Made by a program: the position numbers and the translations under genes. The notes under the pieces are model-generated. The model saw nothing but the letters and a program-made list of their open reading frames with translations, ran no database searches and had not been told where the DNA came from. Below, piece after piece: positions 1 through 9,720 of a stretch of DNA of 37,500 bases. Each line of letters begins with the position of its first letter. The first letter of the stretch is position 1. The stretch is from a virus (taxonomy: Duplodnaviria > Caudoviricetes), in IMG/VR virus record IMGVR_UViG_3300038393_000710, positions 1 to 37,500 of that record; one strand, given 5' to 3'.

Positions 1-127
1 CCGTGTCGTTGGCGTCGTACACGGACACCTTGCCGCCCGGGATGAGCCGCCCTGACTTGTCGATCACTAGCTGGGATTCGATTGGGTAGGCCAAGACGGC
101 TCCTCACATTCATGCCCCGGGCGTGCG
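1..127. repeat. Terminal direct repeat (exact copy of 37374-37500); circular-assembly overlap
   Basis: Bases 1-127 are identical to the last 127 bases; 127 is a common assembler k-mer size. Confidence 0.95.
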
Positions 128-137
128 GGGAGGTCGT

Positions 138-359
138 TTAGTTCTTCGGGGTGTTCGCGGCGGCAAGACCGAGGCCGAGGACAGCGGACGAGAACGACAG
201 CCACAGGGCCGCCGTCTCGTTGCTCGTCAGCCCGTAAGCCACCACTAGGGGCTGAGCGGCCACCAGCACACCGTACAGCCACTTGCGGACGTTCGCCGGG
301 GGATTGATGAAGTCCCACAGCTTGGGGGCGTTAGGGGCCTCCTTGGCGTGCTCAGCCAT
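138..359 (-). CDS. Holin
   Basis: 73 aa, two hydrophobic segments (RKWLYGVLVAAQPLVVAYG; ALWLSFSSAVLGLGLAAANT), directly downstream of the endolysin genes. Confidence 0.8.
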   Translation of the reverse strand: MAEHAKEAPNAPKLWDFINPPANVRKWLYGVLVAAQPLVVAYGLTSNETAALWLSFSSAVLGLGLAAANTPKN

Positions 360-717
360 TCGAGCCCACCCCGTTCACGGTCACATCGACCTTCACGCCC
401 TCCGCGATAGCCTCAGCCGCGCCATCCTTCGACGCCTGCTTGACCGCCTCAAGGTCAATCGACCCGCCCTGGACCTTCGCAAGCTGCTTCACAGCCTCGA
501 GCAGGCCCGCGATCTGACCAGACAGGCGGGCGAAGTTCGCGGCCGCCCACTGCGCCTCAACCTCAACGCTCGTCTTGCCATTCGGCTTGCCGTACTGGTC
601 GTAACGGTCAAGGGCCTTGCCCTCGCCCGTCGCGACTCTCCACCAGAGATCATCAAGCTTCTGCTGATTCGTGCTGGTCTTGAGGTTGCCGGCCGGAAGA
701 TTCGTGTTCGCTGCCAT
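352..717 (-). CDS. Lysis-cassette protein resembling the C-terminal module of actinophage endolysins
   Basis: 121 aa with own RBS 11 nt after the amidase stop; amphipathic GQIAGLLEAVKQLAKVQGGSIDLEAVKQA segment. Confidence 0.6.
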   Translation of the reverse strand: MAANTNLPAGNLKTSTNQQKLDDLWWRVATGEGKALDRYDQYGKPNGKTSVEVEAQWAAANFARLSGQIAGLLEAVKQLAKVQGGSIDLEAVKQASKDGAAEAIAEGVKVDVTVNGVGSNG

Positions 718-728
718 TGCCTTGCCTT

Positions 729-1256
729 TCAGGGAAGAGGGATGTCGAGCCCGGGGATCAGATACGCCGGCTCGGCAGGGATCGGAGCTGGGCCGGTCGC
801 GGCCTGGGGCTTCACGTCCGTGCCGCGTGCGATCGCGTCAATGCGTGCGATGTCGTACACGCCCGGGCATGTGGTCTGCGTCCAGTGCCGGTGCGGGTAC
901 AGCGGAAGATCGCCGTACAGGCCACGCAGATACGCCACGAGCTCGCCGATCGTCTGGTAATCCGCATCGGTCGCCCGGGGGTTGCACTCGATCCCGATAG
1001 TGGCGACGTTCGCGTTCCAGTCGCCCGCGTGCCAAGCAATGTCATCCGGGGAGACGATGCACGCCACACGCCCAGCCTCGGCAACGTAATGCGCCGACGT
1101 AGTAACCGACGAGCGGGGATTGCAGAACCAATCCACAATCCCCTCGAACGTCTGCCCCACCGGATTGCCCCACCAGTGAATGGTGATCCCAGTGACATCA
1201 CGCGGCCCCGGCGTGAAGTTCTTCGCCGTGTACTGCTCGAGGAGCTGATACGCCAT
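729..1256 (-). CDS. Endolysin, N-acetylmuramoyl-L-alanine amidase (Amidase_2) catalytic domain
   Basis: Motifs TIHWW, SAHY, AWHAG, IGIECN, PHRHW..TCPG (Zn ligands H/H/C). Confidence 0.9.
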   Translation of the reverse strand: MAYQLLEQYTAKNFTPGPRDVTGITIHWWGNPVGQTFEGIVDWFCNPRSSVTTSAHYVAEAGRVACIVSPDDIAWHAGDWNANVATIGIECNPRATDADYQTIGELVAYLRGLYGDLPLYPHRHWTQTTCPGVYDIARIDAIARGTDVKPQAATGPAPIPAEPAYLIPGLDIPLP

Positions 1257-1259
1257 GGC

Positions 1260-1580
1260 TCAGAGCCCCCTGCTTGGTCCGTGCGGCTCTGGCGTGGTCG
1301 CGCCGGCCTTCCAGTAGTGGAGCTGCTTCCAGACGATCGTGGCCGCATTCCAGAGGATCGCCACAACCACCAGAGCCAAGAAAACATCCTTGACCCACTC
1401 CGGCTGCTCGCCCGCGATCTCGGCCACAAGGAAGAACCCCGACAGCAGCGCCAGACTCAGGAACAGCACGAAATACGCCGTCCCGCTCCTAGTCGTCCAC
1501 CACGGCGCCACAATCGAATACGCGCCCAATGTCCCCACCGTCAAAGTGAAGATCGCAAACACCAGTAGACCAGTCATCAT
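1260..1580 (-). CDS. Membrane protein (about 3 TM), lysis cassette
   Basis: Hydrophobic helices; start at ATG 1580 gives an ATGA overlap with the upstream gene. Confidence 0.75.
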   Translation of the reverse strand: MMTGLLVFAIFTLTVGTLGAYSIVAPWWTTRSGTAYFVLFLSLALLSGFFLVAEIAGEQPEWVKDVFLALVVVAILWNAATIVWKQLHYWKAGATTPEPHGPSRGL

Positions 1581-1783
1581 GCTTTCCTGCCCCAATTAAG
1601 ATTCTCGAGGGTCTCCCCAAAATGATTCTTCGACCGGATCTCACGCAGACTGTCCACAAGACTGATCGCATTCACATGCAACCGCTCCGCATTCCGCAGT
1701 TGAAGATCCGCCTGGACCTTCGCCCGCAACGCCTCCACCTGATCCGGGGTCGGCTTCTTCCGCTTACGGCTAGGCCACATCAT
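1577..1783 (-). CDS. Small basic protein of lysis cassette (MMWPSRKRKK...NHFGETL)
   Basis: 3' part of ORF 1577..1981; overlap-coupled to both neighbours; NHFxE motif typical of actinophage lysis-adjacent genes. Confidence 0.65.
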   Translation of the reverse strand: MMWPSRKRKKPTPDQVEALRAKVQADLQLRNAERLHVNAISLVDSLREIRSKNHFGETLENLNWGRKA

Positions 1784-2063
1784 GAGCGTCACTCCCATCA
1801 CGCGCCCGTGACTGGAGCTCACCCATGACCTTCTCAACGGTCTTCCCAACCCCATCCACGAGCAGCTTGTTCGTTTCCGCCTGGGTAGCGATAACCGCGG
1901 CCTGCTTCTCATTCGCCTCACGCAGAATGTCAGCCGCTTTCTGCGCATCACGAACACGCCCAATAGGGACGATCCGCTCAAAGAACAAGAGCAGTACGAG
2001 GATGATGTACAGGGTTACCGGCGTGATCGTCTCAACAGACGGAAGTGGAAACCCCTCCATCAC
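1770..2063 (-). CDS. Single-TM membrane protein with coiled coil, lysis cassette
   Basis: LYIILVLLLFF TM segment followed by a helical region; GTGA overlap with the minor tail gene. Confidence 0.7.
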   Translation of the reverse strand: MMEGFPLPSVETITPVTLYIILVLLLFFERIVPIGRVRDAQKAADILREANEKQAAVIATQAETNKLLVDGVGKTVEKVMGELQSRARDGSDAHDVA

Positions 2064-2971
2064 TGGAGCGCCACAATCGTCTGGACCTTGAACGCCGTCC
2101 AGCCCTCCGAAGGCTTGGCGATCTGAATGTCATTCGGCCCGACCCAGCACGTCGCCGCCCACAGGTAACCCTCGCCCGGCATCGCACAAAGACCAGTGAC
2201 GATCTGCGGGTTCGCCGGCTTGTACCCGGCAGGCAGCTTCCCGATGAACCACCCATCCTTGGTGCTCAGCTTCCCCGTGTACTTCGTCTCAAGGTCGATC
2301 TGGAGGATGGCACCCCTGGCGATCTTCCGGCACCGGCCGATGGCCTGACTCCAGTTGTCCGCCGCGATGATGTTCGCCCACGGCTCGGCCCCATCCTCAT
2401 TCACCCACGTCGGGGAGCCGTTGCTGTCAGTCTCACGCGACCACACAGACCTGCCGATCTTCACCCGGGCACCGATGTCACCGATGTAGGACAGTGCCAG
2501 CTCATCCTTGGCGAACAGGCCACCGTTGCCGCCCCAGCAGCGCAGATCAACGATCTGAGTCGGCGCAGACTGGCCAGCCGTCCACTGGAGCAGCGCAATC
2601 GGCTGATCATCCACAACGCCCCGGTTGTTATCCCGCGGGGGAAGCTGCTTAGTAGCCGAGCCAGCGAGGATGCGGAAATCAGTCACACCACTCGGCGGCG
2701 TCCAGTCACGGTGAGCGACCACCATGTCCCAGCGGCTACCCGACGTAGGCAGAGACCCCTGGGTGATGGTCACAATCGCGTCCGACTTGTCAAAGACGCC
2801 CTGCCCCCACCCGGACCCGGGAGCGATATTCACCTGACCAGGATTGGACGCCGCAGTGACCTTCCAGTCACCAGCGCCGACCACCCCGTAGAGCTTCCCG
2901 GCCTCGGTCGAGATGTCGCCCCAGTTGCCCTCATCTACGGTGCCGTCATAACCAACACTCACAATCGCCAC
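2060..2971 (-). CDS. Minor tail protein
   Basis: 303 aa, Gly/Trp-rich beta protein downstream of Dit and hub genes. Confidence 0.75.
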   Translation of the reverse strand: MAIVSVGYDGTVDEGNWGDISTEAGKLYGVVGAGDWKVTAASNPGQVNIAPGSGWGQGVFDKSDAIVTITQGSLPTSGSRWDMVVAHRDWTPPSGVTDFRILAGSATKQLPPRDNNRGVVDDQPIALLQWTAGQSAPTQIVDLRCWGGNGGLFAKDELALSYIGDIGARVKIGRSVWSRETDSNGSPTWVNEDGAEPWANIIAADNWSQAIGRCRKIARGAILQIDLETKYTGKLSTKDGWFIGKLPAGYKPANPQIVTGLCAMPGEGYLWAATCWVGPNDIQIAKPSEGWTAFKVQTIVALQ

Positions 2972-2975
2972 GCGA

Positions 2976-4127
2976 TCACCTCTTATTCTGGCTGCTGATA
3001 GCGCGAATCATCTTCGTGAAGAGGCTCGCGTACTTTCTTTCGGGCGATTGGTCAACGTCGCCAATAACAGGGGCCTGCGTCGGGCCACCCTCGCGGTTGA
3101 ACGCAAGCGTGCATTCCCGCAGGACGTCGGTTCGCGGCACCCCGGCCATTTCAACCGTGATGAGGTCGCCAACCCTCACGCCCTTTTCCCCGTACTGAAA
3201 CATCCCGGACTCGGACAGCTTCACGCTGAACCCGTACTTGGGGCCGTTGTCCGCAACCTCGGCCTGTGCCCGCGACTGCAAATCAGCCGTGGTGTCAACG
3301 TCCGTGGCATCCTTGAACCGCTCAATACGGACGCCCCAGGTGTCCTCGAGCCCGGTATCTATGTACTGGGCGAATACGCGCGCCGTGCCCTCGCCCTTCC
3401 CGCCAGCCACAACGCGTGTCGCTGTCGGCCGCCGCGAGGACCACGCAACATCCGTGACCGTCCCAGCCTTCTCGGACAGCTTGTGCACGTAGGTCCGCTG
3501 CGGGTACACGTCGAGCACGCGGCTGGTCCCCGACTGGCGAACCTGAACCCCAACTCCGGCCGCATCAAGGGCAGGCAGCAGCTTCTCGGCCAGCGAGTGG
3601 AACCGGAACGCCACACCGCCCGGAACCGTCGCCCCACGCCCAAGGTCGGCCGCCACCGACAGCCGCGACGTGCGGGAGATATTCGCGCTCACAACGGCCT
3701 TGAGGATGCTCTCAGCCGCCCCCGCGTACTTCGCGTACTCCGCAGTGTTCTGCGCCGTGATAGCCGCCCCAGGGACCGGCCAGCCCTCCATCTCGGACAG
3801 CACCCCGGCATCATCCGCCACCTGAAACGTGATCTCAGAGTTCAGCGAAATACCCGACGCGTCCCAGCCCATGACCGGCCCGGACATCAGGAACTCGAAC
3901 GCCGGGTCCGGGACATCCCTCGTGGGCCAAGGCTTATGCTCGAACACCACCCGTGCGCCCGGCGTTGTCAGCGGCCCAATCATGCGATGGTCACCATCGA
4001 GAGTGATCGACGCCGTGCCCTGCTGATTATGCCGCGGGGTAATGCTCAGCGACTTCGGATTGCCGACGAAGCCCTGCCGCACGTAATCCTTGGAATAGAC
4101 CGTGACCTTAAACGGATTCACAGCCAC
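2976..4127 (-). CDS. Minor tail protein (baseplate hub/Tal, ReqiPepy6 gp37-like)
   Basis: 383 aa, second gene after TMP; ATRVVAGGKGEGTAR and VRVGDLITV motifs. Confidence 0.8.
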   Translation of the reverse strand: MAVNPFKVTVYSKDYVRQGFVGNPKSLSITPRHNQQGTASITLDGDHRMIGPLTTPGARVVFEHKPWPTRDVPDPAFEFLMSGPVMGWDASGISLNSEITFQVADDAGVLSEMEGWPVPGAAITAQNTAEYAKYAGAAESILKAVVSANISRTSRLSVAADLGRGATVPGGVAFRFHSLAEKLLPALDAAGVGVQVRQSGTSRVLDVYPQRTYVHKLSEKAGTVTDVAWSSRRPTATRVVAGGKGEGTARVFAQYIDTGLEDTWGVRIERFKDATDVDTTADLQSRAQAEVADNGPKYGFSVKLSESGMFQYGEKGVRVGDLITVEMAGVPRTDVLRECTLAFNREGGPTQAPVIGDVDQSPERKYASLFTKMIRAISSQNKR

Positions 4128-4130
4128 CCC

Positions 4131-5051
4131 CTACCATGCGCGCAAATACTTCGGCGTGAACTTCGCCTCAACCCAGCCAGCACCAGTCATCGAAAGAGAC
4201 AGCGTCACATCCTCGCCCGGGGGCAACGTCGCGAAATCAGCCTTAGTAAGCTGCGCCGTCACATCAACACCATCAAGGAAAGCCGCCTGCACACTCGGGT
4301 TAGTGTCAATCTCCAACACCTGACCCTCCGCAGCACTAATGGGAGCCTCAACCGTCCTGCCGTCAACACCAACAGTCACCGAATCAAACGGCCCATACGC
4401 CAACCACGTCACATGCGTTTCCACATCACCCGGATTCGACAGCGTTGCACTGCCCAGCGTTGACCCCGGCGAAATATTGAACGACGGCGCCTTAGCACCA
4501 CCATTGAAGAAATCGCTAGGAGTCGCGGCCTTCCAAGACCGCGAAACCTCCTCACCGGCCCAAAAAGGGTCATCCGCAAGAAACGTCAACCCATAAGTAG
4601 CCCACCCCACCAGCGTCGGATCAAGGCTGAAAGACGGGTCGCCATCACCACTGAGCCGCAGCGTCAGTGACCGCTTAGACCCATCCGGGAGCGTCACTGA
4701 CCACACGCCAGTCTTGGCCGGGTTCAGAGTCGCCCAGAACGCCCGGTCATGTTCAACCCACGCCTGAGAGCCGGCGTCGTTCCACACCTTCACTGGCCAG
4801 AAGCACTCGCGCGCATCGTGCACCAGACCGCGGAACCGGGCACCAGAGACGGCCGGTGATTGAGACCGCCACTGCGTCGAGGGTGGGAGGTTGAGCCCGC
4901 GCACACCCGCGAGCATCGCCACCCCACCCTCGCCGCCGCAAAGGTCCCACACCGACCCGTCCCAGCCTGTCCAGGACATCGGCAACGCATTCCACAGCGC
5001 CCCCACAGGGGCCGGTGGGGTGTACAGGGCACCGTAGACAACACCAGCCAT
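4131..5051 (-). CDS. Distal tail protein (Dit)
   Basis: First gene after TMP; WTGWDGSVWDL, ADDPFW, NPGDVET motifs. Confidence 0.8.
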   Translation of the reverse strand: MAGVVYGALYTPPAPVGALWNALPMSWTGWDGSVWDLCGGEGGVAMLAGVRGLNLPPSTQWRSQSPAVSGARFRGLVHDARECFWPVKVWNDAGSQAWVEHDRAFWATLNPAKTGVWSVTLPDGSKRSLTLRLSGDGDPSFSLDPTLVGWATYGLTFLADDPFWAGEEVSRSWKAATPSDFFNGGAKAPSFNISPGSTLGSATLSNPGDVETHVTWLAYGPFDSVTVGVDGRTVEAPISAAEGQVLEIDTNPSVQAAFLDGVDVTAQLTKADFATLPPGEDVTLSLSMTGAGWVEAKFTPKYLRAW

Positions 5052-7966
5052 CAGATACTCACCCCGTCCAGAATTGCGAGCGCGTCACGCCTAGCGGTGT
5101 CCTGCTTGTGCATGAGAGCGTCTAGGTCGGTCACCTGAACCGGGCCGTTATAGTTCACGTTGTACTCAGTCGTTGACCCCACCCCGCCCGGCCACGTTCC
5201 AGTGGTGTTGGCGCGGTGGAGGTTGTTGTATCCGAGGTCAAGTGCTGCCCGCTTCTTGATGACGAACTCACCAGGGGTCAGCATCGCCGGCACCGTGTCC
5301 GTGCCGATCGGCCGGAACCTGGGGAAGCCACCGGATGCGAGGTAGTCAACCTGCCCGCCAGTCGCATACGCCGCCACACGCCCGCCAGTCGCGTAGGCAA
5401 CCGGACCCTTCTTGGCGTCCAGCACGGCATTTCCGTACTGCTTCGGGTCGAGCGCTGCCGAGTTGTTCACGCCGACAATGACCGTGACCGTCTTGGTAGA
5501 CGGAATCGCATTAACCGCATTCGTGGTCTGCTCGGCCATCTTCTTGGCATAGTCACTCATCCACGTATTGATATTCACGCCCTTGGGGATGCCGAGAACA
5601 TCCCGGGCCAGACCATCAGCCGCACCGCCCGTGATGCCGAACTGCTTGGCATTGGCGATGAGGTCCCAGTACGTGCCGGTCAGCTTGTCCTGGAGCTGCT
5701 GCTGCGTGTAGACGTTCCGGCCGTTAGCGTCAGTCTGCTTGGACATTGAATCAATGACACCGAGACCGGCCTGCGCCACCGCATCAAGCGCCGCCTGATT
5801 CTTCCGGCCCTTGTCCGTGTGGATATCGAGCGACGTGCCGTTCTGCTTGATCGACTCATCAACCGCATCTAGCGCGGCCTCATAGTTGCGCACCGCGTCG
5901 CGGGTAGAAAGCTGAGACAGGCCGGCCGCCGACAGTGCACCGATGAACTTCTCAAGGTTGGTCACCACGCCAGAAACAGCAATGCCCATATCCTCGAGCG
6001 CCTTCTGCTGCTCCTTAGTGGCCTCGGCCTGCGCATCCTGAGTCGCCTTGGTCGAATCCATCGCAGCCTGCGCCGCCATCAGAGAAGACGGCATCCTGCC
6101 CAACGCGAACTCGAGTAGCTCCTGTGGGGTCAGGGCAACCCCAGCCTGTGTGGCCAGATCCTTGAGAGAGTCCCGGTAGCCCGGCACTGAGTCCAGCGCC
6201 TCCTGCGCGCTGTGCCCGTTCTTCTCAAATTCCGAGGACAGCAGCTTGAACGATGCCGCCGCCTTCTCCGTTGCGCCCGTCGAGACCATCTGGCCCATGA
6301 CGTCGCCAAGCCCCTTGAGCTTGTCCTGGACCTGTCCAACCTCAGATTTAGCCGCACCGAACGACGAGCGCAGACCATCAAAGTTCGCGTTGAACTTGTC
6401 ATAGTCGCCAGCGTTCAGCATTTTCTGGAGCGCACCAGCAAAGTCGTTCGCGTTGACGATGCCGACGCCGAAGTTCCTATCCCACTGGCTGAACACAGAA
6501 TCAAGATCGGACGCCTTCACACTGGACCCGGCCTTGGAAATACGCGTGATCGCTTCGGCATAATCGGATGCCGACGTGACGTGCCGCTCTGCAAGCGCCG
6601 CAGTGAGGGCGATAACCGCCGTTGCCGCCAGCGCAATTCCGCCGGCAGTCTTCCCGATCGCGCCCAGTGCGCCAGCAACCCGCGGAGCCGTTCGCGTCAG
6701 CTCGCGGAAACCGTTGATCGTGTCGAACACGCGGGGCGCCAGTGACAGGAATGAGCCGCCCAGCACTAGCGCACCACCACCCGCTGCCGCCATGGCGAGC
6801 CCTGCGCCCTTCACGGGCTCAGGCAGGTCATTGAATGCCTGAATCGCCCCAGTAACAGACTGGACCACAGGGCGGAGGAAGCCGTCAGACTGCTTGCCCA
6901 TCTCGATCATCCCGTTCTGGAATGTCGAGTTAAGCTTTTTGAAGTCGCCGGACAGCGAATCAAGGTTCTTCATCGCAGCCTCGGACGCATAGCCCGAATC
7001 GTTGACGCTCGCCGTCCACTCGTTGATGCCGTCCGCGCCCTCCTTGAACAGGATGTTTGCGGAACGGATCGCATCAGTGCCGAAGATCGTCGCAAGAGCC
7101 TGGTTGCGCTGCTCCTGCGTAAGGTCGGCCATCTTCGTCTTTAGCTGCTCGGCGAGACCGGCCATGCCAACGAACTTGCCCTGCGCGTCATAGGCCTTGA
7201 TGCCAAGGTCTTCCATCGCCCCAGCGGCCTGCTTGGACGGATTCGCCAGCGCAATCAGCATCGTCTTCATGGACGTGCCCGCATCCGACCCAAGAAGGCC
7301 CTGCTGCGCGAACGCCGCCAGCGTCCCCACCGTCTCATCCAGAGAGACACCGAAGCTCGAGGCAACGAGACCGCCCTGCTTGAGCGCCTGCCCAAGCTCA
7401 TCCACACCACCCAGCGCCTTGTTCGCTCCCGCTGCGAGGAGGTCGGCGACGTGCGGAACATCCTTGCCCGTCAGGTTGAACTGAGACAGCGCAGACGTGG
7501 CAATCTCGGTCGCCTCGGACACGTTGATCTGCCCAGCCGCCGCCAGCGACAGAGCACCAGCCAGACCGCCGGAAATCATCTCCCCAGCGGACAGGCCAGC
7601 CTTGCCAAGCTCGATCTGCGCGTCAGCCACATCATTGGCAGACATGCCCACAGCCGTGCCCATCGTCAGCGCAGCCTTCTGGAGCTGCTGCATCTCCCCA
7701 GCCGTCGCACCAGACGCAACCTGCACCTGAACCATGCGGTCAGAGAAATCAGCCCACGCCTTCACCGCCACGCCGATCCCAGCAAGGATCGCCCCGCCAG
7801 CAATGGTCGCCTTGTCTCCGACGTCCTTCATCGCGTCGCCGTGATCCCGCGCATAACGCTGGAGGCGCTGATACGAATACTGCGCAACCCGTTCCATCTG
7901 CCGGAAATTGGCCACGAAACCAGACACATTGGCCGACACATTCACCGACACTGACCTATCGGCCAC
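5051..7966 (-). CDS. Tape measure protein
   Basis: About 970 aa Ala/Gly-rich helical protein with GSDAGTSMKTML and IFGTDAIR core and YATGG / TDTVPAMLTPGEFV C-terminal motifs; GTG at 7966 lies 5 nt after GGAGG. Confidence 0.95.
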   Translation of the reverse strand: MADRSVSVNVSANVSGFVANFRQMERVAQYSYQRLQRYARDHGDAMKDVGDKATIAGGAILAGIGVAVKAWADFSDRMVQVQVASGATAGEMQQLQKAALTMGTAVGMSANDVADAQIELGKAGLSAGEMISGGLAGALSLAAAGQINVSEATEIATSALSQFNLTGKDVPHVADLLAAGANKALGGVDELGQALKQGGLVASSFGVSLDETVGTLAAFAQQGLLGSDAGTSMKTMLIALANPSKQAAGAMEDLGIKAYDAQGKFVGMAGLAEQLKTKMADLTQEQRNQALATIFGTDAIRSANILFKEGADGINEWTASVNDSGYASEAAMKNLDSLSGDFKKLNSTFQNGMIEMGKQSDGFLRPVVQSVTGAIQAFNDLPEPVKGAGLAMAAAGGGALVLGGSFLSLAPRVFDTINGFRELTRTAPRVAGALGAIGKTAGGIALAATAVIALTAALAERHVTSASDYAEAITRISKAGSSVKASDLDSVFSQWDRNFGVGIVNANDFAGALQKMLNAGDYDKFNANFDGLRSSFGAAKSEVGQVQDKLKGLGDVMGQMVSTGATEKAAASFKLLSSEFEKNGHSAQEALDSVPGYRDSLKDLATQAGVALTPQELLEFALGRMPSSLMAAQAAMDSTKATQDAQAEATKEQQKALEDMGIAVSGVVTNLEKFIGALSAAGLSQLSTRDAVRNYEAALDAVDESIKQNGTSLDIHTDKGRKNQAALDAVAQAGLGVIDSMSKQTDANGRNVYTQQQLQDKLTGTYWDLIANAKQFGITGGAADGLARDVLGIPKGVNINTWMSDYAKKMAEQTTNAVNAIPSTKTVTVIVGVNNSAALDPKQYGNAVLDAKKGPVAYATGGRVAAYATGGQVDYLASGGFPRFRPIGTDTVPAMLTPGEFVIKKRAALDLGYNNLHRANTTGTWPGGVGSTTEYNVNYNGPVQVTDLDALMHKQDTARRDALAILDGVSI

Positions 7967-7993
7967 AGCCACCTCCGGGGTACACTCGCACGC

Positions 7994-8236
7994 ATGAACA
8001 CAAATGGGGGAAAGAAGCCGGGCTCCGCCGTCGCACGCATCGGCCTCATCGTTTTCGGGTTCGGCGCGCTACTCGTCCTGATGACAATCGGCCGCACGGA
8101 ATCACAGGTGGTCTACACGGGCGGCCGCTTCGACACCGTTGAACACTGGGTCGGACCGGCCCCGCTCACCATCGCAATTGCGGTAATCGGGGCCGGCATC
8201 GCCGCCTTCGGCTACTACAAGCGTCGCACTGCCTAA
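7994..8236 (+). CDS. Small 2-TM membrane protein (moron) antisense within the tail operon
   Basis: 80 aa, two TM helices with a basic C-terminus; fills the gap between chaperone and TMP; TACACT -10 box 7 nt before ATG. Confidence 0.75.
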   Translation: MNTNGGKKPGSAVARIGLIVFGFGALLVLMTIGRTESQVVYTGGRFDTVEHWVGPAPLTIAIAVIGAGIAAFGYYKRRTA

Positions 8237-9113
8237 GACAGCTCCGCACCGAACAACAGGGCCCCCGCATTGGGGGCCTTGTCATAGTCGGCGCGCGCCA
8301 CGGAAACCGCAGTGCTCGCATGGCAGCGCGTCGGCGGGCCAACCTTCCAGCGCCCCTCATTGGCTGGATCGCTGCACACCGACAGCGGGCGCCCACACAG
8401 GGGGCACAGGCTGTTCTCATAGGCCAGCAGCGCAAGCATCATCTCCTGCTGCTCCGGGTCCCACTCGGACTCAGGCTGAGACGCGACAACCCGCCCGGCA
8501 TGATCATGCTCGTAGACCGTCACGGGCTCCCACCCAAGGAACCGCTTGCGAGAGATCCCAAGCTTGCGGGCAGTCTCTAGCTCGCCGCGGAGTTCAGGAT
8601 CTCCCTGGATGCGGCGAACGAGAAAGGGACATCCTGACGCCCCCTATTAACGGTCAGGACGCCCGTCATGAAGTCCTCGTACTGGGCATCTGTCATGTCC
8701 TCGGCGAGTTCTTCCCAATCAGAATTGGGGTTGAACTCGACAGGCTCGCCGCCCTGCTCGGCCCGGACGATGCACGCCGGGATGGCCTGCTCCATCACGG
8801 CAGCGAGGTTGAACCCGTAGATCTCGGCGTCCAGCTTGTCACCCTCACGCGGCGGGTTGGACTCCACCAGATCGCGCCACTCATTACGGGGCAGCGCGCG
8901 CAGCGTAAACGTCACAACCTGCGACCGCATCTGCTCCTCGATGGCCCGGATCTGCTCGGCGATCGCCCGCGCTGGCGTGTTCAGCCGGTCATCGCCAGCG
9001 TTCTGCTTCTGGATCCGCTCGAGCTCACCCTGCGCCTTCCGCCAATCCGAGTGCAGCGACCCATCAAGGCAGAGGTCCACCGTAGTCTCCGGCCGCTTAA
9101 CTGAGAGCTTCAT
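8233..9113 (-). CDS. Tail assembly chaperone, long form (G-T) via -1 frameshift at 8622-8628
   Basis: C CCT TTC slippery heptamer; the -1 frame is open (FLVRRIQGDPELRGELETARKLGISRKRFLGWEP) into ORF 8233..8523. Confidence 0.85.
8577..9113 (-). CDS. Tail assembly chaperone, short form (G)
   Basis: MKLSVKRPETTVDLCLDG..., between major tail and TMP; GGAG RBS. Confidence 0.85.
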   Translation of the reverse strand: MKLSVKRPETTVDLCLDGSLHSDWRKAQGELERIQKQNAGDDRLNTPARAIAEQIRAIEEQMRSQVVTFTLRALPRNEWRDLVESNPPREGDKLDAEIYGFNLAAVMEQAIPACIVRAEQGGEPVEFNPNSDWEELAEDMTDAQYEDFMTGVLTVNRGRQDVPFSFAASREILNSAAS

Positions 9114-9163
9114 CTGTGGTTCTCCTGTGGTTCTAGGAAGTCTGCGTGGCTCTGAGGGGTGAT

Positions 9164-9198
9164 CCTCCCCGGCGCGGAACCACCACACGCCGGGGAGG
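9164..9198. terminator. Stem-loop downstream of the major tail gene
   Basis: CCTCCCCGGCG...CGCCGGGGAGG 11-bp inverted repeat; no clear U-tract. Confidence 0.5.
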
Positions 9199-9207
9199 GG
9201 TCTAAGG

Positions 9208-9720
9208 TCAGGCCGCGATCGTCACCCGGCGCCGGACAGCACCAGTAACCGCGAGCTTCTGGCTGATCTTCTGGACGCTGTTCGCCTCCGGGGGAAGCTC
9301 GTTCTGCGTCATGGCCGTGACCGGGTACACGGTCACCTTCTGCGACGTCGCTGCAAACGCAGTCTCATAGTCCACGCCGCGACGGACCACGAGATAGCCC
9401 GTGGTGCCCTCAGTGAGGGTATCCGTCGCCTTGTTGCTCGTCGCCTCATTCGGGGAGTTCGTGTTGTCGATGTACTCGATCTCCAGCGAATCCGTCTTGC
9501 GGCCGGGCTGCTCGAACGTCTGCGTGCTGCAAAGCCGCTCATCCGTCACCGTGTCCTCCTTGATGGAGGGCGACAGGCCAGAGCCAGTCAGGTAGCACGA
9601 AAGCTCAACCGCAGAAGCCCCAGTGAGCTCAGCCAGAGACGGCGCAGCAGGGTCAGCCAGGGTGGGGACGAAAACAACTTTAGTGTTGCCGTCCGCTGGG
9701 GTAGAGGGGATCTCAGCCAT
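9208..9720 (-). CDS. Major tail protein
   Basis: 170 aa; ADPAAPSLAEL, LSCYLT, DERLCSTQTFEQPG motifs of actinophage tail tube proteins. Confidence 0.88.
   Translation of the reverse strand: MAEIPSTPADGNTKVVFVPTLADPAAPSLAELTGASAVELSCYLTGSGLSPSIKEDTVTDERLCSTQTFEQPGRKTDSLEIEYIDNTNSPNEATSNKATDTLTEGTTGYLVVRRGVDYETAFAATSQKVTVYPVTAMTQNELPPEANSVQKISQKLAVTGAVRRRVTIAA

Noticed and set aside
1-127. Biological terminal repeat (T7-like DTR)
   Set aside because: The length equals a typical k-mer overlap and it falls mid-gene; packaging genes and the putative cos point to ends near 18010
2060-4127. Diversity-generating retroelement or invertible tail cassette
   Set aside because: No reverse transcriptase, invertase or template/variable repeat pair seen
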